In this document: positions 28,200-36,698 of the stretch, in pieces
How the letters are laid out: each line of letters begins with the position of its first letter
Numbering within the stretch: position 1 is the first letter of the stretch
Assembly (NCBI GenBank): GCA_002381225.1
Contig: DFSS01000043.1
Location: 60,013 to 117,820 of the forward strand
DNA: 57,808 nucleotides
DNA from: Flavobacteriales bacterium UBA3431
GTDB lineage: Bacteria > Bacteroidota > Bacteroidia > Flavobacteriales > Schleiferiaceae
Direction: 5' to 3'
The notes under the pieces: generated by a model
Told to the model about the DNA's origin: nothing
Database searches by the model: none
Seen by the model: the letters and a program-made list of their open reading frames with translations, nothing else
Position numbers and translations under genes: made by a program

Positions 28200-29354
28200 T
28201 TAGTCGGCAAGAGCCGTGCCACCCCGGAATTCTGCCGTTTGGTCAAAAATGGCTGACAAGATGTCCGATTCCACCGCATCCAAGGCGATACCGCGGCGTT
28301 CCATCACACGCGCGGCGGTGGCCAGCGCTTTGGGCAAGGTGTATTCTGTGGTGCCTTGCGGCCCACCCCAGGTGAAGTCCGCCACAAAATTGCGAGGAAA
28401 TCCCGCCCCGTAAATGTTGCAATTCACCCCTACGACGGTACCTGTATTGAACATTGTGTTGATGCCGCATTTGCTGTGGTCGCCCATGATGAGGCCACAA
28501 AACTGCATGCCTGTGCGCTCAAAACGCTTGCTTACGTAGGACCAGCGCTTGACCTCGTCGTAGTTGTTCTTCAAATTGGAGTTGTTGCTGTCCGCGCCTA
28601 TGTTGCACCATTGGCCCAGCACCGCATTGCCTAGGAAGCCGTCGTGGCCCTTGTTGCTGTAGCCCCAAATGACCGCGTTGTTCACCTCACCGCCCACTTT
28701 GGAATGGGGACCGACCGTGGTGGGGCCGTAGATTTTGGTGCCCAATTTGAGCTGGCTGTGTTCGCCCAGGGCCAAGCCCCCTCGAACAATGGAGCCCTCC
28801 ATGATTTCGGAATCGGCCGCCAAGTAAATGGGGCCCGTTGTAGCATTTAAAATGGAAGCCTCCACTTTGGCACCAGGCTCTAAGAAGATGCGATCGCCCA
28901 GAACCGTATTCGTTTCTGAAATAGGTTGAGACGGACGTCCAGCCGTGAGCAGGTCGAAGTCTGCCTCCATCTCCCGGCCATTCCAGGCGAATATCTGTTC
29001 GGGATACTGCAGAAGGTGGTATACCCCTGCGTAGGCAACGACTTCATCGCCGTTTCGGTGGGCAAGCCATTGGTCGCCCGCCAGGAGTGTTTGGCCGGGC
29101 TGCAAGGCCTGCACCGCAGCAAGCAAATCTGAAGAGGGTAGCAAGCCCCCACGCAGGTGCAGGTCACCCGGATGTTCCGGGAACTTGGCCTGCAGGTGGG
29201 GCTGGGTAGAAAAAGAAAAAGTGGTCGACGCCAACCGGCGGGACCACTTTTCAGCTATCGTGAGAATGCCAATACGCAAATCCGCCACTGGACGCGTCCA
29301 GGTGAGCGGCTTAAGCGTAGCAAATTCGGGTCCGTCGTGGAAAACCAAGTCCAT
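28200..29354 (-). CDS. GlmU-family / putative sugar nucleotidyltransferase protein with left-handed beta-helix C-terminal domain
   Basis: The C-terminal half has hexapeptide repeats (VGPHSKVGGEVNNAVIWGYSNKGHDGFLGNAVLGQWCNIGADSN). The N-terminal ~200 aa is nucleotidyltransferase-like (LKPLTWTRPVADLRIG) but has no GxGTR signature. About 385 aa, as in the Bacteroidota 'GlmU family protein' group. Confidence 0.7.
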   Translation of the reverse strand: MDLVFHDGPEFATLKPLTWTRPVADLRIGILTIAEKWSRRLASTTFSFSTQPHLQAKFPEHPGDLHLRGGLLPSSDLLAAVQALQPGQTLLAGDQWLAHRNGDEVVAYAGVYHLLQYPEQIFAWNGREMEADFDLLTAGRPSQPISETNTVLGDRIFLEPGAKVEASILNATTGPIYLAADSEIMEGSIVRGGLALGEHSQLKLGTKIYGPTTVGPHSKVGGEVNNAVIWGYSNKGHDGFLGNAVLGQWCNIGADSNNSNLKNNYDEVKRWSYVSKRFERTGMQFCGLIMGDHSKCGINTMFNTGTVVGVNCNIYGAGFPRNFVADFTWGGPQGTTEYTLPKALATAARVMERRGIALDAVESDILSAIFDQTAEFRGGTALAD

Positions 29355-29372
29355 GACCCGAAGTTAGGCCAA

Positions 29373-29624
29373 TTACTTGGAGAACTTGGCGTAGCGGTTG
29401 CGGAACTTGTCCACGCGACCGGCTGTATCCAGCAATTTCTGCTTGCCCGTGTAGAAAGGGTGCGAGTAGGAAGACACTTCCATCTTCACCAAGGGGTATT
29501 CCTGGCCGTCCACTTCCAACATTTCTTTGGTCGGGGCGCAGCTGCGGATAAGTGTTACGTCGCCTGTGCTCATATCTTTGAAGGCACAAACGCGGTAGTT
29601 GTTGGGGTGAATTTCGTTTTTCAT
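29373..29624 (-). CDS. rpmE2: 50S ribosomal protein L31, type B (no CxxC zinc motif)
   Basis: MKNEIHPNNYRV..SSYSHPFYTGKQKLLDTAGRVDKFRNRY; 83 aa from ATG 29624. It lacks the paired CxxC motifs of type A. Confidence 0.9.
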   Translation of the reverse strand: MKNEIHPNNYRVCAFKDMSTGDVTLIRSCAPTKEMLEVDGQEYPLVKMEVSSYSHPFYTGKQKLLDTAGRVDKFRNRYAKFSK

Positions 29625-29676
29625 CGCTGATAATTTTAATACCGAGATTTGGCCCGGTTTCCGGTTTAGCGGGGCG

Positions 29677-29684
29677 CAAAGGTA
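29677..29684 (-). promoter_or_regulatory. -7 box TACCTTTG (minus strand), 52 nt upstream of the rpmE2 ATG
   Basis: The plus strand reads CAAAGGTA. Implies a 5' leader of about 45 nt for L31. Confidence 0.45.
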
Positions 29685-29693
29685 CAGAATGAA

Positions 29694-31190
29694 TTGAAAA
29701 CACATCGCATTTTTCTTTATGTGATTCTGAGCGCGTTACTCGGGCTCGGAATGCTGTCCGGATGCAAGCCCAACGAGATCGTGGCCACTCAGGGAGTCAC
29801 GCTGCATTTTTCTGCGGACACGGTCTATTTGGACACCGTTTTTTCCACGGTGGGCAGCTCAACCCGTACGGTCCGAATTATCAACCCGACCAACGAGGCC
29901 GTCCTGCTGAACCGAGTCGCCCTGGGCCGAGGAAGCGAAAGCCCCTTTCGCTTCAACATTGACGGACGCGAGGGGCCAGAGGTTCAGGACCTGATTCTAC
30001 CCGCCGGAGATAGCCTGTGGATTTTTGTCGAAGTGACGGCCCCCTCTGGAGGCATCGAAATGCTTCACACCGACTCGCTCGTCATCCGCAACCAGGGCAC
30101 AGTCCAGTCCATTGATTTAGTTTCCTTGGCGTGGGACGCTCACTTTCACTTCCCCACCAATACCCTCATCATTCCGCAGCCCGCTCCCTATGCGGATTTG
30201 CGCTTGCCCTATTCCATTCTTCCTGCGCAATCCACCTGGACGGATGACAAACCGCATGTGGTGTATGGCTATGTGGTGGTGGACAGCGGGGGGACTCTGG
30301 ATGTCCTTGCAGGTGCCCGCATTCATTTTCATGCCCAATCGGGGCTATGGATAGCCTCCGGCGGACAGGTGCAGTTTGACGAAGCTGACGTGGGGAGCTA
30401 CGCCCTCCCTATCCGCATCGAAGCCGACCGTTTAGAGCCTTTCTATGATGACATTGCGGGCCAATGGGGAGGACTATTGGGCGGCATTTTTGTCCAACGC
30501 GGGGCCGAACTTCACATGAACAACACGTGGATGAAAAATGGCAGCGTCGGCATTCGCTGTGATTCGGTGCCCGAAGGTGCGCCTGCCAACGTGGTCATCA
30601 AAAATTCTCTGTTCACCGACTTTAGCCGCGCCACCATTTACAGCGGGTTTGGGCATGTTCGACTCGAAAATAGTGTCATCGCCCACGCAGGGCTCTATGG
30701 ACTCTATGCGCTAGGTGGCCGTGTGTCCGCGGACCATTGCACATTTCACAATCAGTTCCCTGCCGCGCGCAGCACCCCCACGGTCGGATTGTTTAACCGC
30801 TATGACGACGGGACAGGAACCTACCGATACCGCGCCTTGAATGAGGCCCATTTTGGAAACTGCATCATCACCGGCACCCAGGAATCGGAAGTGGGATTTG
30901 GCTATGACGCCCAAGCCCCCTTTGAGTACTTTTTTGAAGGTTGTTTGCTCAAACTCAAAACAAACCCCATTCCGGCGACGTACAACGTGCAAGATGTCAA
31001 TTTCTTTGACCAATGCATCCTCAACGCGGCGCCGCAATTTATCCTGCCCGAATCTCGAAATTTTGCCCTTGACTCTGCGTCCGCCGCATTGGGAATAGGG
31101 CTTTCCGGTCCTGCCGGGCGGGTTCCCATGGACGCGATGGGTATGCTACGTCCGAGTTCCCCAGATGCCGGCGCATTGGAGCGGCTGTAA
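29694..31190 (+). CDS. Lipoprotein with probable right-handed parallel beta-helix (PbH1-like) repeats, function unknown
   Basis: TTG start at 29694 gives a canonical lipoprotein signal, MKTHRIFLYVILSALLGLGMLSGC. The next in-frame Met would delete it. Repetitive segments (NSLFTDFSRATIYSGFGHVRLENSVIAHAGLYGLYALGGRVSADHCTFHN) resemble pectate-lyase-fold repeats. Confidence 0.6.
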   Translation: MKTHRIFLYVILSALLGLGMLSGCKPNEIVATQGVTLHFSADTVYLDTVFSTVGSSTRTVRIINPTNEAVLLNRVALGRGSESPFRFNIDGREGPEVQDLILPAGDSLWIFVEVTAPSGGIEMLHTDSLVIRNQGTVQSIDLVSLAWDAHFHFPTNTLIIPQPAPYADLRLPYSILPAQSTWTDDKPHVVYGYVVVDSGGTLDVLAGARIHFHAQSGLWIASGGQVQFDEADVGSYALPIRIEADRLEPFYDDIAGQWGGLLGGIFVQRGAELHMNNTWMKNGSVGIRCDSVPEGAPANVVIKNSLFTDFSRATIYSGFGHVRLENSVIAHAGLYGLYALGGRVSADHCTFHNQFPAARSTPTVGLFNRYDDGTGTYRYRALNEAHFGNCIITGTQESEVGFGYDAQAPFEYFFEGCLLKLKTNPIPATYNVQDVNFFDQCILNAAPQFILPESRNFALDSASAALGIGLSGPAGRVPMDAMGMLRPSSPDAGALERL

Positions 31191-31200
31191 GCGGGGGGAT

Positions 31201-32187
31201 TTAGTTCAGATCGACGAGGAACTGGTAGGTGTCGACCTGATCGGCAAAGTCCCACAATTCGGGAGATTGTCCCGCGCCAAAGCCCGTGACCTGGTCCTTC
31301 CCGACCACCGTTTGAATTTCCGATTCCACCGCTTTCAGGCGCGCTTGAGCCTGGGTCAGATCCCCATAGCGCTGGTAGTGCAACACCCCTACGGGCGGCT
31401 TGAGGGCGGGATCTTCGCGAAGCAACACAAAGTGGTTCTCTAAAAAGGGTTCCCGGTTGAGCATAAAGAGCGCCCGATGGTAATCGTAGTTGCTCCCATA
31501 TTTGGCATGTTGGCCGAGCTCCCCCCAAGGCAGCCAACTCGCAAAGAGCCGTTGCACATCAAAGGTTTCCGGTAGGAGCAGGTGCGTGACACTGCGGCAG
31601 CCTCGACCAAAGTAGAGGAAGATGTCTTCCGCCAATCCCGCGAGATCTGCCTCGGTCTCCGACCCCGTCAAGAGGGCCACCGACGTTCGAGACCCTCGAA
31701 GCAGGTGCGGAATGTGCTGAAAGTAATGGGCAAAGTAGCGCATGGTATTGGTGCTCCCCGTGGCCAACAAGGCGTCAATGTGGAGCAGACGCTCGACCCG
31801 AACAAAGGAGGCTTGCGGGTCCAAGGACTGAAGGCATTCGACCACCGCAGGAAGCAATACATCGTCGTCCGAAGAAGGCTTGTAGTGAATGGTCCAGCCG
31901 GCGACATAGGCCATCAGGAGATCGTGCAGCCCGACGAGGGGCAAATTCCCCGCACATAGGATTCCAACCACCTTACCTCCTGCCTTCGGCGGACTGCCAT
32001 AGCGGCTCGCCCACATGGCCAGAGCCTCAGGTCGCAATGCATGCTGCCAAGTGCGCAAAGCCCGTTGAGCAAAGGCCGGGGTAAACCACGGATTCTTCGC
32101 CTTCACCTGCACCCACAATGCTTCGTCCGCATGCACGGCTTCAAGGGCTTTTGCGAGTTTTTCCAAGGTCTGTAAACGGCTATCCAT
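31201..32187 (-). CDS. Acyl-CoA reductase-like protein (LuxC family)
   Basis: 328 aa from ATG 32187. NPWFTP.., ILCAGNLPLVGLHDLL and KPSSDD blocks match my recollection of the Bacteroidota LuxC-like 'acyl-CoA reductase' that sits divergent from a ferredoxin gene. The track ORF extension to 32298 overlaps the ferredoxin gene. Confidence 0.65.
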   Translation of the reverse strand: MDSRLQTLEKLAKALEAVHADEALWVQVKAKNPWFTPAFAQRALRTWQHALRPEALAMWASRYGSPPKAGGKVVGILCAGNLPLVGLHDLLMAYVAGWTIHYKPSSDDDVLLPAVVECLQSLDPQASFVRVERLLHIDALLATGSTNTMRYFAHYFQHIPHLLRGSRTSVALLTGSETEADLAGLAEDIFLYFGRGCRSVTHLLLPETFDVQRLFASWLPWGELGQHAKYGSNYDYHRALFMLNREPFLENHFVLLREDPALKPPVGVLHYQRYGDLTQAQARLKAVESEIQTVVGKDQVTGFGAGQSPELWDFADQVDTYQFLVDLN

Positions 32188-32198
32188 GAGTAGGTCTG

Positions 32199-32206
32199 TA
32201 TCTTTG
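32199..32206 (+). promoter_or_regulatory. -7 box TATCTTTG, 21 nt upstream of the ferredoxin ATG
   Basis: Perfect TAnnTTTG. It faces the opposite-strand box 2 nt away. Confidence 0.5.
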
Positions 32207-32208
32207 TG

Positions 32209-32216
32209 CAAAAGTA
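32209..32216 (-). promoter_or_regulatory. -7 box TACTTTTG (minus strand), 21 nt upstream of the acyl-CoA reductase-like ATG
   Basis: The plus strand reads CAAAAGTA; perfect TAnnTTTG. Confidence 0.5.
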
Positions 32217-32227
32217 ACGACCACCAC

Positions 32228-32578
32228 ATGGCCATCATCATCACCGACGAATGCATTAATTGCGGCGCTTGCGAGCCCGAATGTCCCAACAATGCCATTT
32301 ACGAAGGCGGCATGGAATGGCGCTTTGGCGACGGAACTGCCCTCCAAGGTTCACTCGTATCCACTTCAGGGATGGCTACCGAAGCGGACAAGGCACAGGA
32401 ACCCGTCAGCTTTGATTACTACTACATTGTCACGGACAAATGCACCGAATGCCAAGGATTCCATGCGGAACCCCAATGCGCGGAAGTATGTCCGGTCGAT
32501 TGCTGTGTTCCCGACGAAGACCACGTCGAAACGGAATCAGCCCTTCTCCAAAAAAAAGCATTCCTCCACGCGGAGTAG
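32228..32578 (+). CDS. 4Fe-4S dicluster ferredoxin
   Basis: CINCGACEPECP and CTECQGFHAEPQCAEVCP cluster motifs separated by a long insert; 116 aa from ATG 32228 (MAIIITDE..). Confidence 0.9.
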   Translation: MAIIITDECINCGACEPECPNNAIYEGGMEWRFGDGTALQGSLVSTSGMATEADKAQEPVSFDYYYIVTDKCTECQGFHAEPQCAEVCPVDCCVPDEDHVETESALLQKKAFLHAE

Positions 32579-32582
32579 CGCA

Positions 32583-33455
32583 ATGCTTAGAGCCCTCGCG
32601 GTTGCCCTTTTACTCTCAGCTTGCACTGAAGCAACCGCGCGGGGCTTTTTTCCCACGGCATCCTCGCCCGATAGTACATGGTGGGCCGCCGTCCAAACCT
32701 GTCGATTCAGAGACGATAGCACGGCGGAACTTCGACTCGCTCATGGCCAGCGGCTCGATTCGCTCCTGACGGCCGCCTTGCGCCAGGACAACAATCCCCT
32801 TTCGGCCCTCCAATCTGCTCCGGAAGGTGTGTTGCGCGTGGTGTCGTCAGATAAAAAGGTCGTCGCCTACAGCTTTGCCGTCCCTCTGGCATCTGGAGAA
32901 TATGCGTTTTTTGGCCTGGTTCATGCGCAATTCGGCCCCATTACCACCTTGACGCCATTGACCCCTTGTCTCAGCTTCGATGCCTTCACGGATGGGGATG
33001 CGGACCATTGGCCCAGCGGGCTGATTTATTCGCTCCAAGCGACGACTTACCGCCGAACGACGCGCTACCATGCCCTGATGTTCCGACCTCATGCACAACA
33101 AGCCCAACAAAAGTGGGTCGAGCCGTGGGTCTTTGGACGCCCTCTGCGCGTCAGCGCGGCGAGCACCGAATGCCCGTCGCTCCCCCTCTACTTTGGTGCG
33201 CGGGTCTTTGCTGTGAAGGACTTCGCCGGTACGCATTTCAACAGCCCCCCAAAACGCCTTCTTTTGCGCTATGCCCCAGAGGTGTCCGCCTCGATGCGCT
33301 TCGGCAAATCAGGAAACGAAATTCTCGTCGATGAAGTCGCACCCATGCGGCATGGAAGTACGGGCGACTTTCGAACCTATGGGCCCACCCTCGCGGTGGA
33401 TCGCTTGTATTTTGACCGGGGCAAGTGGACCCTACAACCTGTTGAAAACCCATGA
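32583..33455 (+). CDS. Hypothetical lipoprotein
   Basis: ATG 32583 gives MLRALAVALLLSAC (lipobox LSAC), 4 nt after the ferredoxin stop. No motif recognised. The upstream 97 codons of the track ORF overlap the ferredoxin gene out of frame. Confidence 0.55.
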   Translation: MLRALAVALLLSACTEATARGFFPTASSPDSTWWAAVQTCRFRDDSTAELRLAHGQRLDSLLTAALRQDNNPLSALQSAPEGVLRVVSSDKKVVAYSFAVPLASGEYAFFGLVHAQFGPITTLTPLTPCLSFDAFTDGDADHWPSGLIYSLQATTYRRTTRYHALMFRPHAQQAQQKWVEPWVFGRPLRVSAASTECPSLPLYFGARVFAVKDFAGTHFNSPPKRLLLRYAPEVSASMRFGKSGNEILVDEVAPMRHGSTGDFRTYGPTLAVDRLYFDRGKWTLQPVENP

Positions 33456-33542
33456 AAAAGGGGGCAAAATCATTGGGCGCTCCCAAGGGCATTTGGTACC
33501 TTTGATGCGCTTGTATTTTCCTCCAAACGGAACAATCCTCCC

Positions 33543-34610
33543 ATGAAAAAACACAATTTTTCTGCCGGCCCCTGCATCCTCGCTCCTGAGGTCCTTCAAG
33601 GCGCCGCGAATGCTGTCGAAAATTTTGCCGGCATGGACCTCTCCCTGATCGAAATCAGCCACCGCGACAAAAAATTCGTCGCTGTAATGGACGAAGCCAT
33701 CGCATTGAGCAAAGAACTCATGGGCCTCGGTGCAGACTATGAGGTACTCTTCTTACAAGGCGGCGCAAGCATGCAGTTCTGCATGGTTCCCTACAACCTC
33801 TTGAAGGTGGGCGGCAAAGCGGGGTACACTGTCACCGGAACCTGGGCGAAGAAAGCCGCGGAGGAAGCGAAACTGTTCGGCGATGTGGCCATCTTAGGGT
33901 CCTCGGCCGACAAAAACTTTAGCTACATCCCCAAGGGCTACACCGTAGGTGAGGAGTTGGACTACTTCCATTGCACAAGCAACAACACCATTTTTGGCAC
34001 GCAGATGAAGGACTTCCCCACCACAGGAACCCGCCTTGTGTGCGACATGTCCTCGGATATTTTTAGCCGCCAATTGGACTTTACGAAGTTTGACCTCATC
34101 TATGCGGGCGCTCAGAAGAATTTGGGTCCGGCAGGGGCTACGCTGGTTGCAGTGAAGAAGGACATTTTGGGCCAATCGGGACGCCCCATTCCGAGCATGC
34201 TCGACTACCAAACCCACATTGATGGCGAATCCATGTTCAACACGCCCCCCGTGTTTAGCGTGTACACCTCGCTCCTCACCTTGCGTTGGATGAAGGACCA
34301 AGGAGGACTGGCCGCCATGGAGCGCCACAACGCAGAAAAAGCGGCCCTCCTCTATGCCGAAATCGACCGCAACAGCCTCTTCTACGGCACCGCCTCAAAG
34401 GAAGACCGCTCGGACATGAATGCCTGCTTCCTCCTCCACGACGAGGCGCATAGTGAGCAATTCAACACCCTCTGGAAAGAGGCCGGCATTGTTGGTATCG
34501 CGGGCCACCGCTCCGTCGGCGGCTACCGCGCCTCGATGTACAACGCCCTTCCCTTGGAGAGCGTGCAGGTCCTCGTCGATGTGATGCAACACCTTGAAAA
34601 AACGATTTAA
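33543..34610 (+). CDS. serC: Phosphoserine aminotransferase
   Basis: 355 aa class V aminotransferase. MKKHNFSAGPCILAPEVL N-terminus and the PLP-lysine region IYAGAQKNLGPAG. Confidence 0.93.
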   Translation: MKKHNFSAGPCILAPEVLQGAANAVENFAGMDLSLIEISHRDKKFVAVMDEAIALSKELMGLGADYEVLFLQGGASMQFCMVPYNLLKVGGKAGYTVTGTWAKKAAEEAKLFGDVAILGSSADKNFSYIPKGYTVGEELDYFHCTSNNTIFGTQMKDFPTTGTRLVCDMSSDIFSRQLDFTKFDLIYAGAQKNLGPAGATLVAVKKDILGQSGRPIPSMLDYQTHIDGESMFNTPPVFSVYTSLLTLRWMKDQGGLAAMERHNAEKAALLYAEIDRNSLFYGTASKEDRSDMNACFLLHDEAHSEQFNTLWKEAGIVGIAGHRSVGGYRASMYNALPLESVQVLVDVMQHLEKTI

Positions 34611-34619
34611 TCCCCGATC

Positions 34620-35564
34620 ATGAAGATTTTAGCGAATGATGGTATGGCCCAAGCGGGCATAGATGTCTTGGAGCGCGCTGGACACACCGTTCTCACGACC
34701 AAGGTGGCCCAAGAACAGCTTGCGCACTTCATCCAAGAGCAGGGCATTGAGGTCCTCCTCGTACGGTCTGCGACCACCGCACGCCAAGAATTGATCGATG
34801 CCTGCCCTGGTCTGCGCATGATTGGCCGTGGCGGCGTGGGCATGGACAACATTGATGTCGACTATGCGCGGGCTCAAGGCCGCTTCGTTTTTAATACCCC
34901 CGCGGCTTCTTCGGAGAGTGTGGCCGAACTCGTCTTTGCCCACTTAGGCGGCATGCTTCGCTTTCTTCCGGACGCCAACCGCATGATGCCCTTGGAAGGC
35001 GAAACGCGTTTCAACGACTTGAAAAAGGCCTATGCCAAAGGTCAAGAGCTCCGCGGTAAAACCATTGGAATCTTAGGTTTTGGCCGCATCGGCCGAGCCG
35101 TGGCCCGCATGGCCTACGGCCTAGGCATGAAGGTGATCGCGCACGATCCCCACGTGACGGACAGTTCATTTGACGTGGTATTTGCCGATGGCCAAAAACT
35201 GACCACCCGCGCTAGCATGCATCCGTTGAACGAGATGTTGGCCCAGTCTGACATCGTAACGGTTCACATCGGAGGCAAAGCGGAAGTACTTGGCGCAACC
35301 GAGCTGGCCAGCATGAAGCCCGGAGCCTTTTTGGTCAATGCAGCACGCGGAGGCGTCGTGAATGAGGTCGCCCTCCTCGACGCCCTCAACGACGGGCACC
35401 TTGCCGGGGCCGCATTGGATGTCTTTGTCAATGAGCCGACCCCGGCCATGCAGGTCTTGATGCACGAAAAACTCTCCCTAAGCCCCCACATTGGCGCGGC
35501 AACCGAGGAGGCGCAAGACCGCATCGGCGTCGAGCTGGCGGAGCAAATTTTGGCCCAGGCCTAA
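34620..35564 (+). CDS. serA: D-3-phosphoglycerate dehydrogenase-type 2-hydroxyacid dehydrogenase (no ACT domain)
   Basis: NAD-binding GILGFGRIGRAVA, catalytic region NAARGG..LSPHIGAAT; 314 aa; immediately downstream of serC. Confidence 0.85.
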   Translation: MKILANDGMAQAGIDVLERAGHTVLTTKVAQEQLAHFIQEQGIEVLLVRSATTARQELIDACPGLRMIGRGGVGMDNIDVDYARAQGRFVFNTPAASSESVAELVFAHLGGMLRFLPDANRMMPLEGETRFNDLKKAYAKGQELRGKTIGILGFGRIGRAVARMAYGLGMKVIAHDPHVTDSSFDVVFADGQKLTTRASMHPLNEMLAQSDIVTVHIGGKAEVLGATELASMKPGAFLVNAARGGVVNEVALLDALNDGHLAGAALDVFVNEPTPAMQVLMHEKLSLSPHIGAATEEAQDRIGVELAEQILAQA

Positions 35565-35573
35565 ACGCATCCC

Positions 35574-36698
35574 ATGCCCCGGCTCCTACCCTTTGCCGCG
35601 ATCCGCCCGCCCCGTGCGTTGGCGGCATTGGTGAGCACGCGTTCGTACATGACATATTCCGAAGAGGAGCTGGCACAGAAGCTCGACACCAACCCGTATT
35701 CCCTTCTCCATGTACTCCACCGACGAGGTGCGAGTACCGCCAACCGCTTTACCCCTGTTCGGGAGGGCTACGAGCAGTTTGTGACCGAGGGGCACTTGGA
35801 CGCAGACCTCGAGGCGCACCTCTATATCTACGAGCAGCAGTGGGACGGCCATGTCTTCACGGGCATGCTCGGATTGATTTCTCTCGAAGACTACCGCGCG
35901 GGCCAAATTGTCAAGCACGAAAACACCATTGCGAAGCGGGAAAAACTCTTTGCCCGCTATTTGCGGACGGTTGGATTTCACGCCGAGCCCGTCCTTCTTG
36001 CCCGCCCTGAACACCCCGGATGGGATGACCGCATGGCCGCCATTTGCGCCGAGCGGCCCGAAACAGAGTTTGCCACGGCGGATGGGGCAATCCACAAATT
36101 ATGGCTTGTCCCCTCGCAGGACGCAACGGATTTCCAGCAGATGGCGGCATCCATGCCCGCTTTTTATGTGGCGGATGGGCACCACCGTTTGGCCTCGTCT
36201 AGTCTGCTGAATGAAACCGATGGGGTCATGGCCTTCGTCCTTTCTCCTTCCCAAATGCGCATGGCGCCATTCCACCGCTTTGTCCAAAATTCCCTCGGCC
36301 TCGATTGGGTCACTCCCTTGGGGGCCGTACCCTTGCCCGAACGCCCCAGCGGCCTTCCTGCAAAGGGCCTGTATGCCTTGGACGCTCAGGGTTGGTGGCA
36401 CATTCCGGCCTCGACCTTGGCCTTTCCCGAGTCTGCATGGGTCTACCAGCAAATTCTTCAACCCATTTGGAAGGTAGAAGATGAACGCAATGACTCCCGC
36501 GTTCGCTACGAACCCGGAACCATGCCCCTTGAAGAGCTCGAAAAAAACCGCCAAGGCCAAGAGGTGGTCTTTGTCCTTCCGGCACCAACCTGGGACCGCG
36601 TTACCGCGGAGGCCGACGCAGGCCGCTCCCTCCCCCCGAAGAGTACCTACATTGAGCCAAAGCTGCGCTCAGGCATCACCTTATTCGCATGGAAATAG
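35574..36698 (+). CDS. DUF1015-family protein (function unknown)
   Basis: 374 aa. The N-terminal LLPFAAIRP and internal YVADGHHR motifs are those I associate with DUF1015. The 3' end overlaps the yggS start by 10 nt. Confidence 0.65.
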   Translation: MPRLLPFAAIRPPRALAALVSTRSYMTYSEEELAQKLDTNPYSLLHVLHRRGASTANRFTPVREGYEQFVTEGHLDADLEAHLYIYEQQWDGHVFTGMLGLISLEDYRAGQIVKHENTIAKREKLFARYLRTVGFHAEPVLLARPEHPGWDDRMAAICAERPETEFATADGAIHKLWLVPSQDATDFQQMAASMPAFYVADGHHRLASSSLLNETDGVMAFVLSPSQMRMAPFHRFVQNSLGLDWVTPLGAVPLPERPSGLPAKGLYALDAQGWWHIPASTLAFPESAWVYQQILQPIWKVEDERNDSRVRYEPGTMPLEELEKNRQGQEVVFVLPAPTWDRVTAEADAGRSLPPKSTYIEPKLRSGITLFAWK

